DNA of 64,000 nucleotides from Eledone cirrhosa (taxonomy: Eukaryota), in the NCBI GenBank assembly GCA_964016885.1, contig OZ024743.1:313038001-313102000 (forward strand), written 5' to 3'. The position numbers and the translations under genes were made by a program. The notes beneath the pieces were generated by a model. The model did no database searches, was not told the origin of the DNA, and worked only from the letters and a program-made list of their open reading frames with translations. Numbering within the stretch: position 1 is the first letter of the stretch; each line of letters opens with the position of its first letter. Shown in pieces: positions 13,490 to 26,329 of the stretch.

Positions 13490-13930
13490 GTAACAAAGAG
13501 TTTCTGTGTGCAACAGGCAGATTTTATGATGCTTGAGCTTGTGGTACAAGGCTTCATGGCAGCGAAATATAGAAATGAATATGGAGGATATGCAAAGGTT
13601 AGAAAGAAATGAATTGAGTATGCTCAGTGGGATGTGTAATGTTAGTGTAGATGGATACTGAAGGACAAATGAGTGGAGAGATTTCATTGGTACAAACATG
13701 TAAAGGCATTGGGTGAAGAAATGCCAGAGTGGAAGCAAGCCATGAAAAAGGGGGTAAAAAAAAAAAAAAAGGTTTGGGCAGAGGTAGTTAAAACTTATCT
13801 CAGAATACTGAACTCCACAAGGGAAATGACAAAGAGAAGAGAAAAATTTGAGGGATGCTATACTGCAGAAGACTCATCTAACCCATGCATACATAGAAAA
13901 AAAAAACGATGTAATAATGGTGATGATGAT
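13490..13930 (+). mobile_element. Decayed RTE-clade LINE 3' fragment
   Basis: Degenerate LHGSE, RLERNE, WYKHV, WAEVVK and (GAT)n tail. Confidence 0.75.
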
Positions 13931-14142
13931 AGCTAGTATTGCTGAGACTAATACGTTTTCTTGTAACATGTTGCAGTCCTTTGTCTTCTGGTTCATAAGG
14001 TTTACACTCCTGAAATTGGCTTTCACCTCTGCATCAAACTTTCACCCCAGCAGCAGCATCCATGTGCATTACCAACGCAACATTCTCTCCTGCACACTGC
14101 ATCCGATTCCTCTTATGCTTAGTTTTTTTCACTTTATATACA

Positions 14143-14400
14143 TGTAAAGGGTAAAGACTCCCTTCGGTCACGAATGACCATGGGATTTGCACCTAGAAAG
14201 TTCCCCTCAGAGGCACAAGTCGCCCATAAATATCTGTCTCCCCTCTTCAAGCCACTGATATTGCCCAGGGAATAGCAATAGCAGATACAGCTTGGGCTCG
14301 TGATGTTGCAACTCATCTTTACAGTTGAGTGAAATAAAGTGTCTTTTTCAAGGACACATCACTTGGTCTGGGAATTGAACTCACAACCTCACGATTGCAT
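14143..14400 (-). mobile_element. SINE; related heads at about 340-430, 6920-7225, 7470-7710 and 21860-22000
   Basis: Shared tgtcttgctcaaggacac...gggaattgaactcacaacc segment (B-box-like GTTCAATTCC on the minus strand). Confidence 0.65.
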
Positions 14401-14809
14401 ATAAATGTATAGTTATGTACGAGCTTTGGTAGCACCCCCCTCCCCCCACAAAAAAAACAAAAAAAAACCTTTGAAATATATTTTCCAACCATCTCCATAT
14501 TGATATAACTCTAAACCCAAGAGAAATTTTGAAGTTTACTTTTTGCAGGAAAGTAACTATCTGTTTTAAACGTAGAAGCCCAAAGCAAATTTCGGGAAAA
14601 AAAAAAAAAACAATAAAACCCAGCGCAGAGAGAAACAAACAAACTAGGAGTGTGTGTGTGTGTGTGAAAATTAATTTACTGGAAAAAAAAATTCGAAAGA
14701 ACAGTGAAAACACTTAAATTCAGGTTTAAGCGATTTTATCACAATTCAAGTGTGACATTTTTCCTGGTATTATATTTCCACTCACCAGTGATAAGTTTAC
14801 TTAGCTGTC

Positions 14810-14840
<31 letters not shown>

Positions 14841-14927
14841 GTTAAAGAATGAAGAGTAACATGGTTGGCTGTACAATAAGGGGCTTTATTTAAAGTACTG
14901 ACAATTGTTTCGTTGATCAGGTGAGTA

Positions 14928-15170
14928 TGTCACGAGAAAAAAAACACAGTCCACGCTGTTATGTGTGGCCGTGTAGGTAACATGGTAAAAAGTTCCCAGT
15001 TCCACACTGTAAATGTGGTTGGTGTTAGGAAGGGCATCCAGCCGTAGAAAACCTGCCAGATAGTCCTATATGAGCGAGACACGGTCACCCGACCAACTTT
15101 GCATCAAGTGGGACAACTCCCGTCTAACCCATGCTAGCGTGGAAAGTGGACGTTAAACGAGGATGATGAT
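14928..15170 (+). mobile_element. RTE 3' UTR-only copy
   Basis: Near-identical to 2015-2250 and 28533-28760; (GAT)n tail. Confidence 0.85.
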
Positions 15171-15171
15171 A

Positions 15172-15345
15172 TATTATTCAAAATATTAATAAATGAAGAC
15201 GTTCACATAATCAAAATATATGTTTTATATATATTTCGGAGGTACTGTGTTGTTTTTTCAGTACGTCCTCATCAGATAAAATACATGAATTGATGTATGA
15301 CATACCTCAACTGGCTTGATGGTTCAATTCCAGTCTTGGCAGTTA
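15172..15345 (-). mobile_element. Short non-autonomous element with type I hammerhead motif (family A, copy 1)
   Basis: UUUUAU CUGAUGA GGACGUACUG..CAGUACCUCC GAAAUAUAUAUAAAAC at about 15222-15282; homologous to 21207-21413 and 35393-35657. Confidence 0.7.
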
Positions 15346-15487
15346 TATATATATAAGCAAAATGGATATTCAATTTGTTGGTAATTAAACAAATATAAAT
15401 GTTTATAACTGATTCAAAGCACTCGACAGTTTTCTGGAGTATAATATTCAATGATATTAAATAAATCGAAACTATATTTATAAAACC

Positions 15488-15548
15488 ATATTTATTCTAT
15501 TATTTCAAGGGTACCAACACTTTGGTACGCTTTCATCAGATGAAATAC
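15488..15548 (-). ncRNA. Degenerate hammerhead motif related to family A
   Basis: CUGAUGA AAGCGUACCAA-AGUG-UUGGUACCCUU GAAAU; same C-C mismatch in stem II; cleavage triplet looks mutated. Confidence 0.55.
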
Positions 15549-15639
15549 AAAGTTTGTTTTAGAAATTTTGACATAACCAAGAAAAAATACCTTAACGACT
15601 GGTTATAACTTCGTAGAAATATCATCCAAGGCATAGAGC

Positions 15640-15818
15640 AACTCAAGTCCGTAGGGCGCGAGAGTTCAAATCCCGCCGAGGTTAACTTTGCCTTCTATCC
15701 CAATTGGGTCGATAAAATAAAGTAAGAGTAACGCACTAGGGTCGATAAATCGACCCCCCCCCCCCCAAAAAAAAAATTGTTGACCTTGTCCTTGTGTCTA
15801 AATCAGAAACCATTATTA
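15640..15818 (+). mobile_element. tRNA-derived SINE
   Basis: B-box GAGTTCAAATCC followed by gccgaggttaactttgcctt...gtcgataaaataaagta; (TTA) tail. Confidence 0.8.
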
Positions 15819-16585
15819 AAGCTAGTACTACAACGAAATCAAACCAGGAATGAACAGTTGAAAAGTTGGTCCCCCTAACAAACGAAACGTACGGTCCTGC
15901 TATGGCTTCGTTGTAATAGTGGCCTCAATAATATACACATACACACGAGAGTCGGCTGACTATGTAGGCGTGATATTAGAGCTGTGAAATCTTGCATACA
16001 TTCATTTCAACTCTTAATAACATCATTGTTTCTTTCCAGGGACTGTTTTGAAAAATAAACCTCATTTGGTCATTCTATGAGTGTATCTTGGTCAGTCTAT
16101 GAACATTTCAGCCGACCCATATTTATATATATATTAATTAGGCTGTCGAAACGGCTGGAGCTCAGCCGTCGGGGTTTTGAATCTTTTCATGTGTGTGTGT
16201 GTGTGTGTTGGCAAGGTTATAGTATGAACTATAATCTCGCTTGCACACACTACGCACTCAATGAATTCAACGATACCCAAATATAAAATACTGCCACTAC
16301 AGTATCAGTGAAAACAATATCGCTTTAGTATGTATTCAGCCCAATAATCATACATAATACGGCAGTAAATTAGATCTACTGTCAATGACACTCACCGTAA
16401 AATAGTAAATACTACTATAGTTATTTATCGCAATCAGTCCATGGAGGGGCCCTTTGGCTTTTAAGTATTTTGGGACCCGACTACTTCCTGATACTTCAAT
16501 CATTCACCACACTATAGCCCAAAACATTGACAGGCCTGAAAACTGCACACACACACACACACGTACGTATGTATGTATATATATG

Positions 16586-16767
16586 TACGAGGGACGGCTA
16601 AAATGTTCGTAGGCTGATTATGAAGAAGTGATGCTAGAGCTGTGAAATCTTGCATGCATTAATTTTAACTCTTCTTATTAATAAGTTTTATTTCTTTCCA
16701 GTGACTACGTTAAAAAATAAACCTCATTTGGCCATTCCATGAGTAACCTGGTCAACCGATCCTCGTA
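16586..16767. mobile_element. mariner-like MITE; second copy at about 15943-16118, fragment at about 50650-50733
   Basis: TA-CGAGG...CCTCG-TA termini; interior shared with 15960-16100. Confidence 0.75.
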
Positions 16768-16774
16768 TGTATAT

Positions 16775-16910
16775 ATAAATATGGCAGCGAAAGAGGCATT
16801 AGGTGTATTTGATTTTGATGGGGAATAAAAACATGAACAACGTGCGTCGTTATAGACAGTCACGTGACTGACCTAAACACCGGAAAGTAAACATGGCGGC
16901 ATCATTGCCG
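16775..16910. promoter_or_regulatory. Probable housekeeping-type (possibly bidirectional) promoter upstream of KDM1B
   Basis: 14-bp palindromic E-box CAGTCACGTGACTG (16857-16870), ETS-like ACCGGAAAGT, YY1-type AAACATGGCGGC (16889-16900), locally CpG-rich. A minus-strand donor (cg|gtgagt) at about 16395 could end a non-coding exon 1. Confidence 0.55.
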
Positions 16911-19085
16911 ATGAATAAAAAGTCGACATGAAAACAACAGAATGTCGTGGTTATTTCGTTATTTTGGCAGCAGAGTAGAGAAGTGAATTAGTCAGAACAC
17001 TTCTATATATTACCTACGTTCTAATTATAATGGTTGGAAATTAAAGAATAAAATAAAACGAATAGTATAGCGTAGATCAGTGCTTCCCTACATGAAGTAT
17101 TTATGACATAAATATTAACAATTGTTCTAGAGAAATTATACAGAACTGTTAAAAAATTAACGATGAGGCTACATGTTCCAAATGTCATTCAATACACACA
17201 CATACAATAACTAAAAAAAAATATATATGTATGTACGTATGTAGATATTAATGTTGGGTATATAAATAATAAACATGTACTGATTGAGTGACTCCATAAT
17301 TGTGGTAGAATGGTATATATAAATATATACATAGATATACACACGTGTATGTAGTTGATGGAAGAGAGAAAAGAGTACTCAATACCGAAGTAGAGTTTAA
17401 ATACTCATGGCTAAATAAAGAGTTGCTTGTCAGACAAGTACTGAACGTTTGTGTGTATTATAAATTAGGATTTAATCGAAGCTGAGAGAAACAAAAATTA
17501 AAAATATATACTTCCGTTGCTAAATACACTAATATATACAATAAATACACTAGTATACACAATAAAAACATCTGCCAACTAAAATCATAAGAATATATAA
17601 TAATGAAAACAAAATTGAAAAGTTGCTCAATAATTACTCTCACATTCTTTTCAAAACATTAAATGGAAGAGAGAGTGAAGGAGTAATGGAAATCGATTCT
17701 TTTCGAGGTAAAAACTAAAAACTACACCCATTCTATATAATGTCTTGGTAAAACAGATTCAGCGATAAACAGAACCGTTACCGAGGTTTTGGCAAGTTCT
17801 GGACTAAAATGTCACTTGGAAATGTTTTACATTTTAATATATTCGGAAATATAGGGAAATGTCAACCAAGGTCCATAGCAAAAATAACCAGGTATATGAC
17901 AAAAATACCCCACATAATAAAAAAAAACAATACAGAATTTGAAAATAAAGTTATTCTTAATTATTCTTTATCTGTTTAATTACATTTTATAATGTTAGCT
18001 AGTAAAACTATAAAAAAAAGATTTTGTTTATCGTTTACTGTTATGAATATTTTTATGTGGATTTTTGTCCGTTGCCCTATGATAAACCCGTATTTCCCCC
18101 CTAACTTCTCAATAAAGTACCATGAAACAAATATGCTGGAAATAAACTTTATATATGCGTAGAAAAGTAGGGTTTATTTCTTTATTTCTCAGTAATAATA
18201 CAACACTTCAATCGAAATAGACTTTTTAAAGATTTTTAAATTGGTGTAATTAATTGAACAACCTCATACAAATGAACACACTATATGGCTTCCTTACTGG
18301 AAAAATAATTATATGTCTGTTGAACATGTCAACAGTAAGGCATTTTTTAAAGTCCTCAGCTTAAAATACTGCAAAATTACTACTATGTACTTTTAAAACT
18401 ACCACACGACCTACTGATTTTTGAAAAATCATAAACATTGTATATTTTAAAGATATTTCGAGTTCCCGTTTTGTAATAAAGAATTTCTGCACGTTTATTT
18501 TTTCAGAACATATTTATTAATATAAAATGTTCCCTTATAAATTGTACATGGTGTAGATTAATTAGATAATTTAAACTTCGACTAAAACTATTGCTACTAC
18601 CTTAAAATACCTTCTCATTCTCACTTTGATTGTATATATTTGTGTATTATATTTACAAGGTTCCTAGCAATAATTGATTATATGTATGTATTTCTATTTG
18701 ATTTTATATATTTGTTATATGATAATAAAAAAAGTTATATTTTGCAGATATATTTTCGAAAGTTCTTGTTTTACTAAGTTATATTTACTAATATAACATT
18801 TCGAAAATTTTCCAGTGGAAATTATACTGGTTATGTAGGCATGATTTGATGATTTGACAGAACTTCATTAGAAAATGCTACGACAGATCAATAATGGTTC
18901 AAATTCTGAAACAAGTTGGTCCACCATGTCTTCTACAATTGTTTTCTGACCAACCACATGGAATCTGGGGTTTAATGAGGAATTAAAATCAGATAATTGA
19001 CAATGTTTGTTAGCACTAACAAAAGCTAAAATTGGCATAAACCATTTCTCGGAATAAATTTATATATCTTTATTATAGCAGTTAC

Positions 19086-19173
19086 TTCTACAGGACTAGA
19101 ACTGTTTCATTCGTATGACATCATCAGGACATTCTTGATTTCATACGAATGAAACAGTTCTAGTCCTATAGAA
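19086..19173. repeat. 33-bp-arm palindrome with hammerhead-like core (family B)
   Basis: TTCTACAGGACTAGAACTGTTTCATTCGTATGA and its reverse complement (1 mismatch); minus strand reads CTGATGA...GAAAC AGTTCTA GTC. Confidence 0.85.
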
Positions 19174-20359
19174 TATATAATAAAGATGCCTATACTCTAC
19201 TAATGTATTGAGTACCTCTTTTAACTGCGGTTACCCCTGCCCCCAATACAACTCAGGAATCTTTCTCTATATATATATCAATTATATAGTAGAAGAGTCT
19301 AGTTATTCAAAAGTCCAGACAAAAGCTCTTTAATATACTACATATATTTCACTGTCAAAATGTTCGTCTCGCAGTATGTCTGTCTGCACAGACGAATCTG
19401 TTTGCAAATATGAAATAATTTACATAATAATAAATATATTAAATGATTAAGGCAGTTCGAAATAGGAACAGCTGGAGATACTGTCTAACTATTTTACTAC
19501 TTTATTAACAAATATAATTAAAAATACATAAATTCGTGTTGATTTGTTATAAAAACAAATACGTTAGTTTATTTACTACAAAATCAAACCAACAATAATA
19601 AACTTGTGACATTTGGTATTCTTTTGTATATATTTAGATTTTCTTTCGTTCAAATAACTAAAATATAAAAAAAAACTATACTTTAGGAAGGCTGCTTTGT
19701 GTTATCAAGCAGAAATGGTAATGCCAAAAGTTCAACATGTGTATTAGAAAACCAATTTCTTCGTTGCACTCTACCACCATCGCTTACATGCATCTTATGT
19801 GTATATATGAGCGTATATATATATATATATACACACATAAGCTTTGTCATGTTTACACAATTTAAAACACCATAATTCGGATTAAATGATGTCATTAATT
19901 ATAAATATATATTCCCAACTTACTTTTTATCTAATTTTCTTAGTGTTTTAAGCCTTAAATGTGTAGGCAAAACAAGGATTTATGTGTAAGACTTACCACA
20001 TAAACAGTCTCAGCTGCCAGCTTCTTGTCATTGTTAAGGAGTAATATAGCCTGATGGGAGAATTAAATCGTAAGCCTCGCTTTCACCTCACATATATCTC
20101 TCACTCTTTCTTTCCCTCATGTATATTTCACTCTTTCGCTCTCTCTCATGTCGTCGCAATTAATTAGCAATACAGGCCAATCTATATCATATTAATAATT
20201 AGATAATTAACGATCAAGCTTGCATTTCGACAACTCTACTACGTCTTTTTTTATTGCTTATTCTTATATTTATTTTTTTATTGATTTTATTTTTGTTTTC
20301 CTCCCCCCACCCTTTGTTTGTTGTGGGTGGGAGTGGCTTGTAATTCAAGTTTAATGCAA

Positions 20360-20780
20360 TAATGATTTCTGATTTAGGCACAAGGCCAACAATTTGAGTG
20401 CGGGGGGGAAAGGAGGAAAGTGTGTGACTGCTACTTTATGTTATCAACCCCTTAAAGATGAAAAGCAAAGCTTAACCTCAGCGCGATTTGAACTCAGAAT
20501 GTAAAGGGACGCAACTATATGCTGCAAAGCATGTCCGACGTCCTACCGATACTGTCAATCCACCGCCCTATAATGATTTTTGATTTAGGCACAAGGCCAA
20601 CAATTATGGACGAAGGGGAAAGTTGATTAAATCAACCCCAGTGCATTACCGATGCTTTATTTTATCGACTCCATAAGGATGGAAGGCAAAATTAACCTCG
20701 GCAAGATATGAACTCAGAACATAAAATGCCGTAACTATATGCCGCAAACCATGTCTGATGCTCTAACGATAGTGCCAATA
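20360..20780 (-). mobile_element. Two head-to-tail tRNA-derived SINE copies
   Basis: Repeated aatgatttctgatttaggcacaaggcc...gatttgaactcagaa units. Confidence 0.8.
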
Positions 20781-20880
20781 CAGATTTCTTTATTAGCCAC
20801 ACATGATCGACTAATAAGATGGGACTGTCTTCGTTCGTTTTTTCATTATCTTCGCCATTCCTTATATATATATATATATA

Positions 20881-21055
20881 GCGAAGGAAAAGTGGTAAGG
20901 AACCAGGTGGACCATAACGCACCAAAGTACTTAGGGTAGTAGAGTAGGTAATAGGAGTAAGTAAGACCCCGACGGCTGAGCTCAAGCCGTTTCGACGTAT
21001 GTACAGAATTAGCCGTCGAAACGGCTTGAGCTCAGCCGTCGGGGTCTTACTTACT

Positions 21056-21060
<5 letters not shown>
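20881..21060. repeat. Penelope-like short element ending in a perfect 47-bp-arm palindrome (family C)
   Basis: 20951-20997 is the reverse complement of 21014-21060; contains GAAAC GGCU-UGAGCUC-AGCC GUC (hammerhead stem III plus cleavage triplet); (TA)n on both sides. Confidence 0.85.
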
Positions 21061-21106
<46 letters not shown>

Positions 21107-21152
21107 CGAAGGAAGTGTGGTAGTAGAGTGGGTAATATAGGGAAATGTCAAC

Positions 21153-21206
<54 letters not shown>

Positions 21207-21207
<1 letters not shown>

Positions 21208-21413
21208 TAAAATACAAATGTTAATAAAATAGATGTTCTTTTGATCAATTACATTTTATTATACATATTTCGGATGTACGACAGTACGTCCTCATCAGAC
21301 AAAATATAATGATACATGACATACCCTGAGATGTTAAATGGTTAAAATTTAATCCAATCTACTGTAAAACTCATTCTTTGATATACTCATTGAATCTTGT
21401 TTAACTCTTTAAT
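21207..21413 (-). mobile_element. Short non-autonomous element, family A copy 2
   Basis: Homologous to 35393-35657 along its length; abuts (TA)n. Confidence 0.75.
21251..21307 (-). ncRNA. Type I hammerhead ribozyme with intact core
   Basis: AUAUUUUGU CUGAUGA GGACGUAC-UGUC-GUACAUCC GAAAU-AUGU-AUA^AUAAAAUGU: 9-bp stem I, stem II with one mismatch, minimal stem III, AUA cleavage triplet. Confidence 0.8.
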
Positions 21414-21635
21414 ATCATCATCATCATCATCAACGTTTAACGTCCGTGTTCCACGCTTGCATGGGTTTGGACGGAGGTTTTCCCACTTGAGGCAAGAGTG
21501 ATTGTCTTGCTCGCATAGGACTGTCTGGCGGGTTTTCTACAGCTGGATGCCCTTCCTAACACCAACCACATTTACAGTGTGGGGCTGGGAGGTTTTTACT
21601 GTGTTGCCTACACGGCCACATTACAGCGTGGACTG
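21414..21635 (-). mobile_element. RTE 3' UTR-only copy
   Basis: Reverse complement of the 28555-28770 3' end; (CAT)n tail. Confidence 0.85.
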
Positions 21636-22025
21636 TCTCTCTATATATATATTATATATATATCATTTCATCATCATTTCATTTTACGTCCGCTTTTACC
21701 TGCTAGCAAGGGTGGGACGAGAACTGATTCTGGCTTGATTTCTACAGCTGGATGCCCTTCCTAACACCAACCTCATTTACAGTGAGTGCTGGGTGCTTTT
21801 TTGCCATGGCACCTCCACAACCACTTTGCAGTGGAAGGATATGGACCCCAGTCCCTATCATCTCATTTCTACAGCTGAGTAAACTGGAGCAATGTGAAAT
21901 AAAGTGTCTTGCTCAAGGAAATAACACATCACCCGGTCTGAGAATTGAACTCACAACATTTCGATTGCAAGGACAATGCTCTAACCATTAAGCCATGTAC
22001 CTCCATACATACATACATACATACA

Positions 22026-22061
<36 letters not shown>

Positions 22062-22140
22062 CACACACACGCAAGTGTACCCCAGGTTCAATCAAGGGTA
22101 ACCACAATAAGGTACTTGATACAAAGCAGAGTATTTAATA

Positions 22141-22248
22141 TAGAAAAGCTTCTACAGGGCTAGAACTGTTTCATTCGTGAGAAATCATAAGAGCTGCCTA
22201 ATGATTTCTCACGAATGAAACAGTTCTAGTCCTGTAGAAGCTTTTCTA
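22141..22248. repeat. 48-bp-arm palindrome, family B copy 2
   Basis: 22141-22188 versus 22201-22248 with one mismatch; same core as 19086-19173. Confidence 0.85.
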
Positions 22249-22257
22249 TATATATAT

Positions 22258-22652
22258 AATAGGAAAATGTTTGACCCCGATGGCAGAGCTCAAGCCGTTT
22301 CGACGGCTATTTCTGGACTCCATAGTAGAGCCCTTTCCGACCCTACCATGCCATATCCTGACTTTTCCACACAGCTCAAGTTCCATTATCAGCACCATGC
22401 GAAAACACAATATCAACTTCTCCACCAAGAACATCTCAGTTCCACCGAGAAAACTTTACCTTCGGATGCTCACGCAAAAAATCGACCTGTTTGCGAAAAG
22501 ACTGAGATGGAAAGGTCCAGAAATAGCCGTCGAAACGGCTACAGCTCTGCCGTTGGGGTCAAACATTTTCTATTACCCACTCTACTACCCTAAGTATTGA
22601 GTACTCTGGTGCATTATGGTCCATCTGGTTCCTTACCACACTTCCTTCGTTT
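22258..22652 (+). mobile_element. Family C element with inverted 5' segment
   Basis: About 22258-22317 is inverted relative to about 22515-22573; downstream actctactaccctaagta...ccttaccacacttccttcg is shared with 20881-20950 (reverse complement). Confidence 0.75.
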
Positions 22653-22681
22653 TATATATATATACACACATATATATATAT

Positions 22682-24218
22682 ATCATCATCATCATCACCG
22701 TTTTACGTCCGTTCTTCCACGCTAGCATGGGTTAGACGGGTTGTCCTGTTGTGGGCAGTGTCTGGTCGGCTGACCATGCCTTGCTCATACAGGAACTGAT
22801 CTGGCTTGATTTCTACAGCTGGATGCCCTTCCTAACACCAACCTCATTTACAGTGAGTGCTGGGTGCTTTTTCGTGGCGCCTGCACGTCCACTTTACAGT
22901 GTGGGCTGGGTGCTTTTTTGCCGTGGCACCTCCACGACCACATTGCGGTGGGGGGTGTGGGGGCATATTGTTTATATGCTTCAGCTTGTACCCATGGGAG
23001 GCCGGGTACTCTGTATTACTGCGTGACGCTAGAAGTCACGGTCGTGTGTCATTGTCTTTGAGAGGTGTAATTGGGTAAGGTCGGCTTTTATCACCTCATC
23101 CCAGGTCATCTTGGGTCTCCCCACTCCGCGGTTTCCATCAACTTCTAGTGCTCTGCACCTTTTTATGCAGCTGTCATCCTTCATACGCATCACATGTCCA
23201 TACCAGCGCAACCGCCTCTCCTGCACACAGCATTTGATTCCTCTTATGCTCAGTCTCTCTCTCAATTCATTTATGCTTTGTCGTTCACGTATATTACTGT
23301 TACACATCCGTCGGGGCATGCAGGCTTCGTTTCTCTCTAATTTACGTAAGTCTTCCACCTTCAGCGCCCAGGTCTCACTACCATGCAACATCGCTGTTCG
23401 GATACACGCATCATTCTGAGGGAGAAGCTTTTTGCAGCTAGCAGTGGAAGTAGTCCCCTAAACTTCTTCCATCCCGTTCTTACCCTAGTTATTGTACTTT
23501 CTGAACACCCACCTCCGTTGCTAATTCGGTCACCTAGGTAGCAGAAGCTGTCTACTGTTTCTACAGAGCCCTCCCAGAGATTGGTGGTACTTGTTTCCTG
23601 CGGCTGTTTGCTGCTTGCTGTTTCAGCACAGCTGCTGCATGTGAATCCTACATTCTTAATTAAGCTTCCTGAGATCCCGCTACATCTCTTGTGTACCCAT
23701 TGTTTGCATTTGGGGCAGAGAATGGAGTTCCTACCTACACCTTTCCTACATACTGAGCAAGGCCATTTCCCTGAGGGGATCTGGGTTCTGTTTTCTCGTC
23801 TACTTACAAGGACCTTAGTCTTTGTCATGTTGACTTTGAGACCCTTTCTTTCTAGTCCCTGCTTCCAGGTTTGGAATTTATTCTCTAGTTCTACCATAGA
23901 TTCAGCTATGAGTGCGAGGTCATCAGCATACAGGAGTTCCCATGGGCATCCGGTCTTAAACTCCTCCGTTATTGCCTGCAGGACTATGATGAACAGGAGA
24001 GGGCTAAGAACAGAGCCCTGGTGGACCCCAACCTGTACGCTAAATTCCTCGCTATACTCATTGCTAATCCTAACTTTGCTGACTGCTCCCCTATACATGG
24101 CTTGTACCGCTTTCACAAGCCATTCATCTACTCCTAGTTTTCTAAGAGCCCACCAGATTACAACACGTGGAACTCTGTCAAAGGCTTTCTCAAGGTCGAC
24201 AAATGCCAAGTAGAGTGG

Positions 24219-24220
<2 letters not shown>
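22682..24220 (-). mobile_element. 5'-truncated RTE-clade LINE with RT and PHD-like finger
   Basis: KPLYLAFVDLEKAFDRVPR...GVHQGSVLSP...YADDL...CSVC..CPKCKQWVHKRC..CSSC...YLG; 3' UTR and (GAT)n tail; 5' end at (TA)n. Confidence 0.95.
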
Positions 24221-24314
<94 letters not shown>

Positions 24315-24479
24315 CATCATCATTATCATGTAAGAGGTGAAGATTTGAGAGGAGGTTGATCTAGCAAGGTGCTTCAGAAATGGAAAACGGGGATGCATGT
24401 ATGTAGGGTGGGAATTAGAGAAGTAGGTCTAGGGTGAGGTACTTAGCTGGTGAAGAGTGGAGTGTTAATATGTGGAAAG

Positions 24480-26320
24480 AGGAAGGGGTGAGTGGTGCAT
24501 ACTAGAGACCACTAGATGTTGTTTCAACCCGTGCACATGTGAAAGCAGGATTTCTGCAGTACTACATAACACCATAGATCTTGATCCTGTGTCATTACCC
24601 TCGAGAGGTGCAATTGTCCAAGGTCAAGTTTTATCACCTCATCCTAAGACATCCTAGGTCTTCCTACACCATAGCTTCTATCAACTTGGAGCGCTCTGCA
24701 CCTTTTCATACAACTGTCACCCTTCATACACATCACATATTCATACCAATGCATTTTCATCTCCTGCACACTGCATCTGATACCTCTTATGCTTAGTTTT
24801 TCTCTCAGTTCATTTATGCTTTGCCATTCATGCATATTACTGTCACACATCCATGGAAGCATAAAAGCTTTATTTCTTTCCAATCTTCGAAGGTCATCTG
24901 CACACAGTGCACAGGTCTCACTGCCATGCAACATTGCTGTTCATATACACTCATCATACAATCTACCCTTCATTTTGAAGGAAAACACTTTTGTAGTTAG
25001 CTTCCTGAATTTTCTCCATCGCTTTCTCACTCTAGCTACAGTACTTTCAGAACATCCATTTCCACTGCTAATTTGGTCACCCTGGTAACAGGAACTATCA
25101 ACTACTTCTACTGAGCCCTCTGGGCATCTAGAGGAGTTAGTATCCTGTGGGCTGTTGCTACTTATTGCACCTGCGTAATGGCCACGTATAAAATCTGCAT
25201 TCTTTGCTAGCCTACTTGAAATCCCACTACATCTCTTGTGTACCCATAGTTTGCATTTGGGGCATAGGATGTAGTTTCTACCTACTCCTTTCCTGCACAC
25301 TGAGCAAGGTCATTTTCTTGAGGGAATTTGAGCCCTGTTATCCTTTCTACATACTTAGACTTTGCTAGGTTGACTTAAAAACCTTTAGATTCTAGGCCTT
25401 GCTTCCAGGTTTAGAATTTCTTCTCTAGATCTGCCATAGATTCAGCTATAAGGGTTAGATCAACAGCATACAGAAGCTCCCATGGGCAGCCAGTCTTAAA
25501 CTCCTCTGTTATAGCCTGCAGGATGATAATAAACAAGAGAGGGCAGAGAATGGAGCCTTGATGTACTATTCTAAATTCTTCACTATAGACATTGTTAATT
25601 CTAACTTTGCTGACAATACATGGCTTATACAGCCTTCACAAGCCACTCATTTACTCCTAATTTTCAAAGAGGTCACCAGATAATGGAACAGAGGACACTG
25701 TCAAAAGTTTTCTCCAGGTCCACAAATGCCAAGTATAGGGGTTTACTTTTAGCTAGGTACTTCTGCAGTTGCCTCAGAAGGAAGAGAGCACCAGTGGTAC
25801 TTTCACATGGCACAATTCCGAACTGCAGCTCATCTCGGTTACCTTGGTCTCTGATCTGCTGTGCTATAACTCTTTCTGTGATCTTCATGATCTGGTCAAT
25901 CAACTTTTTGCCTCTATAGTTTTCTCTGTCTAGAGCATCTCCTTTGCCCTTGTAGCAGTTGACAATGAAGCTGCTATGCCAGTCATTGGGTATGACACCA
26001 TTTTGTATGATTTAGTTTACAATATGGGTGGTTAAAGTGTGACCCACCATCCCATATGCTTTCAGCATCTTGGCAACATTCCCAGAAGGTCCAGCTGCTT
26101 TGCCTGTCTTCATATCCTTGATTACCTTACTTACTATACTACTGCTGACTTGTACTGCCGGTCCCTCTGTTGGGTTTACTTGGGGCAAACTATCTTATGC
26201 ATTCTCCTCATTCAGTAGTATTTCATAGTGGCATTTCCATGCTTACCTTCTTTTCAGCATCAGTGAGTGCAAGTATACCATTATTATCTCGGACACTCTT
26301 CTCTCCATCAACATCACAAT
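24480..26320 (-). mobile_element. Decayed RTE-clade LINE
   Basis: KAAGPSG, NYRGK, FVDLEKTFD, PHD-like finger and LHGSET remnants with many frameshifts. Confidence 0.88.
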
Positions 26321-26329
26321 TTCCCCCGT

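Noticed and set aside
14786-14808. Extra KDM1B 5' UTR micro-exon
   Set aside because: Good donor (gtgagt) but no polypyrimidine tract at the acceptor; unsupported without RNA data.
15655-15680. tRNA gene
   Set aside because: B-box only, no cloverleaf; part of a multi-copy SINE.
17566-17836. Plus-strand exon pair (..GRESEGVMEIDSFR / DSAINRTVTEVLASSG..)
   Set aside because: Weak acceptors, implied intron of only about 49 nt, no recognisable homology.
23581-24213. 210-aa plus-strand ORF
   Set aside because: Antisense shadow of the RTE RT; likewise 27379-27786, 41001-41588 and 45042-45605.
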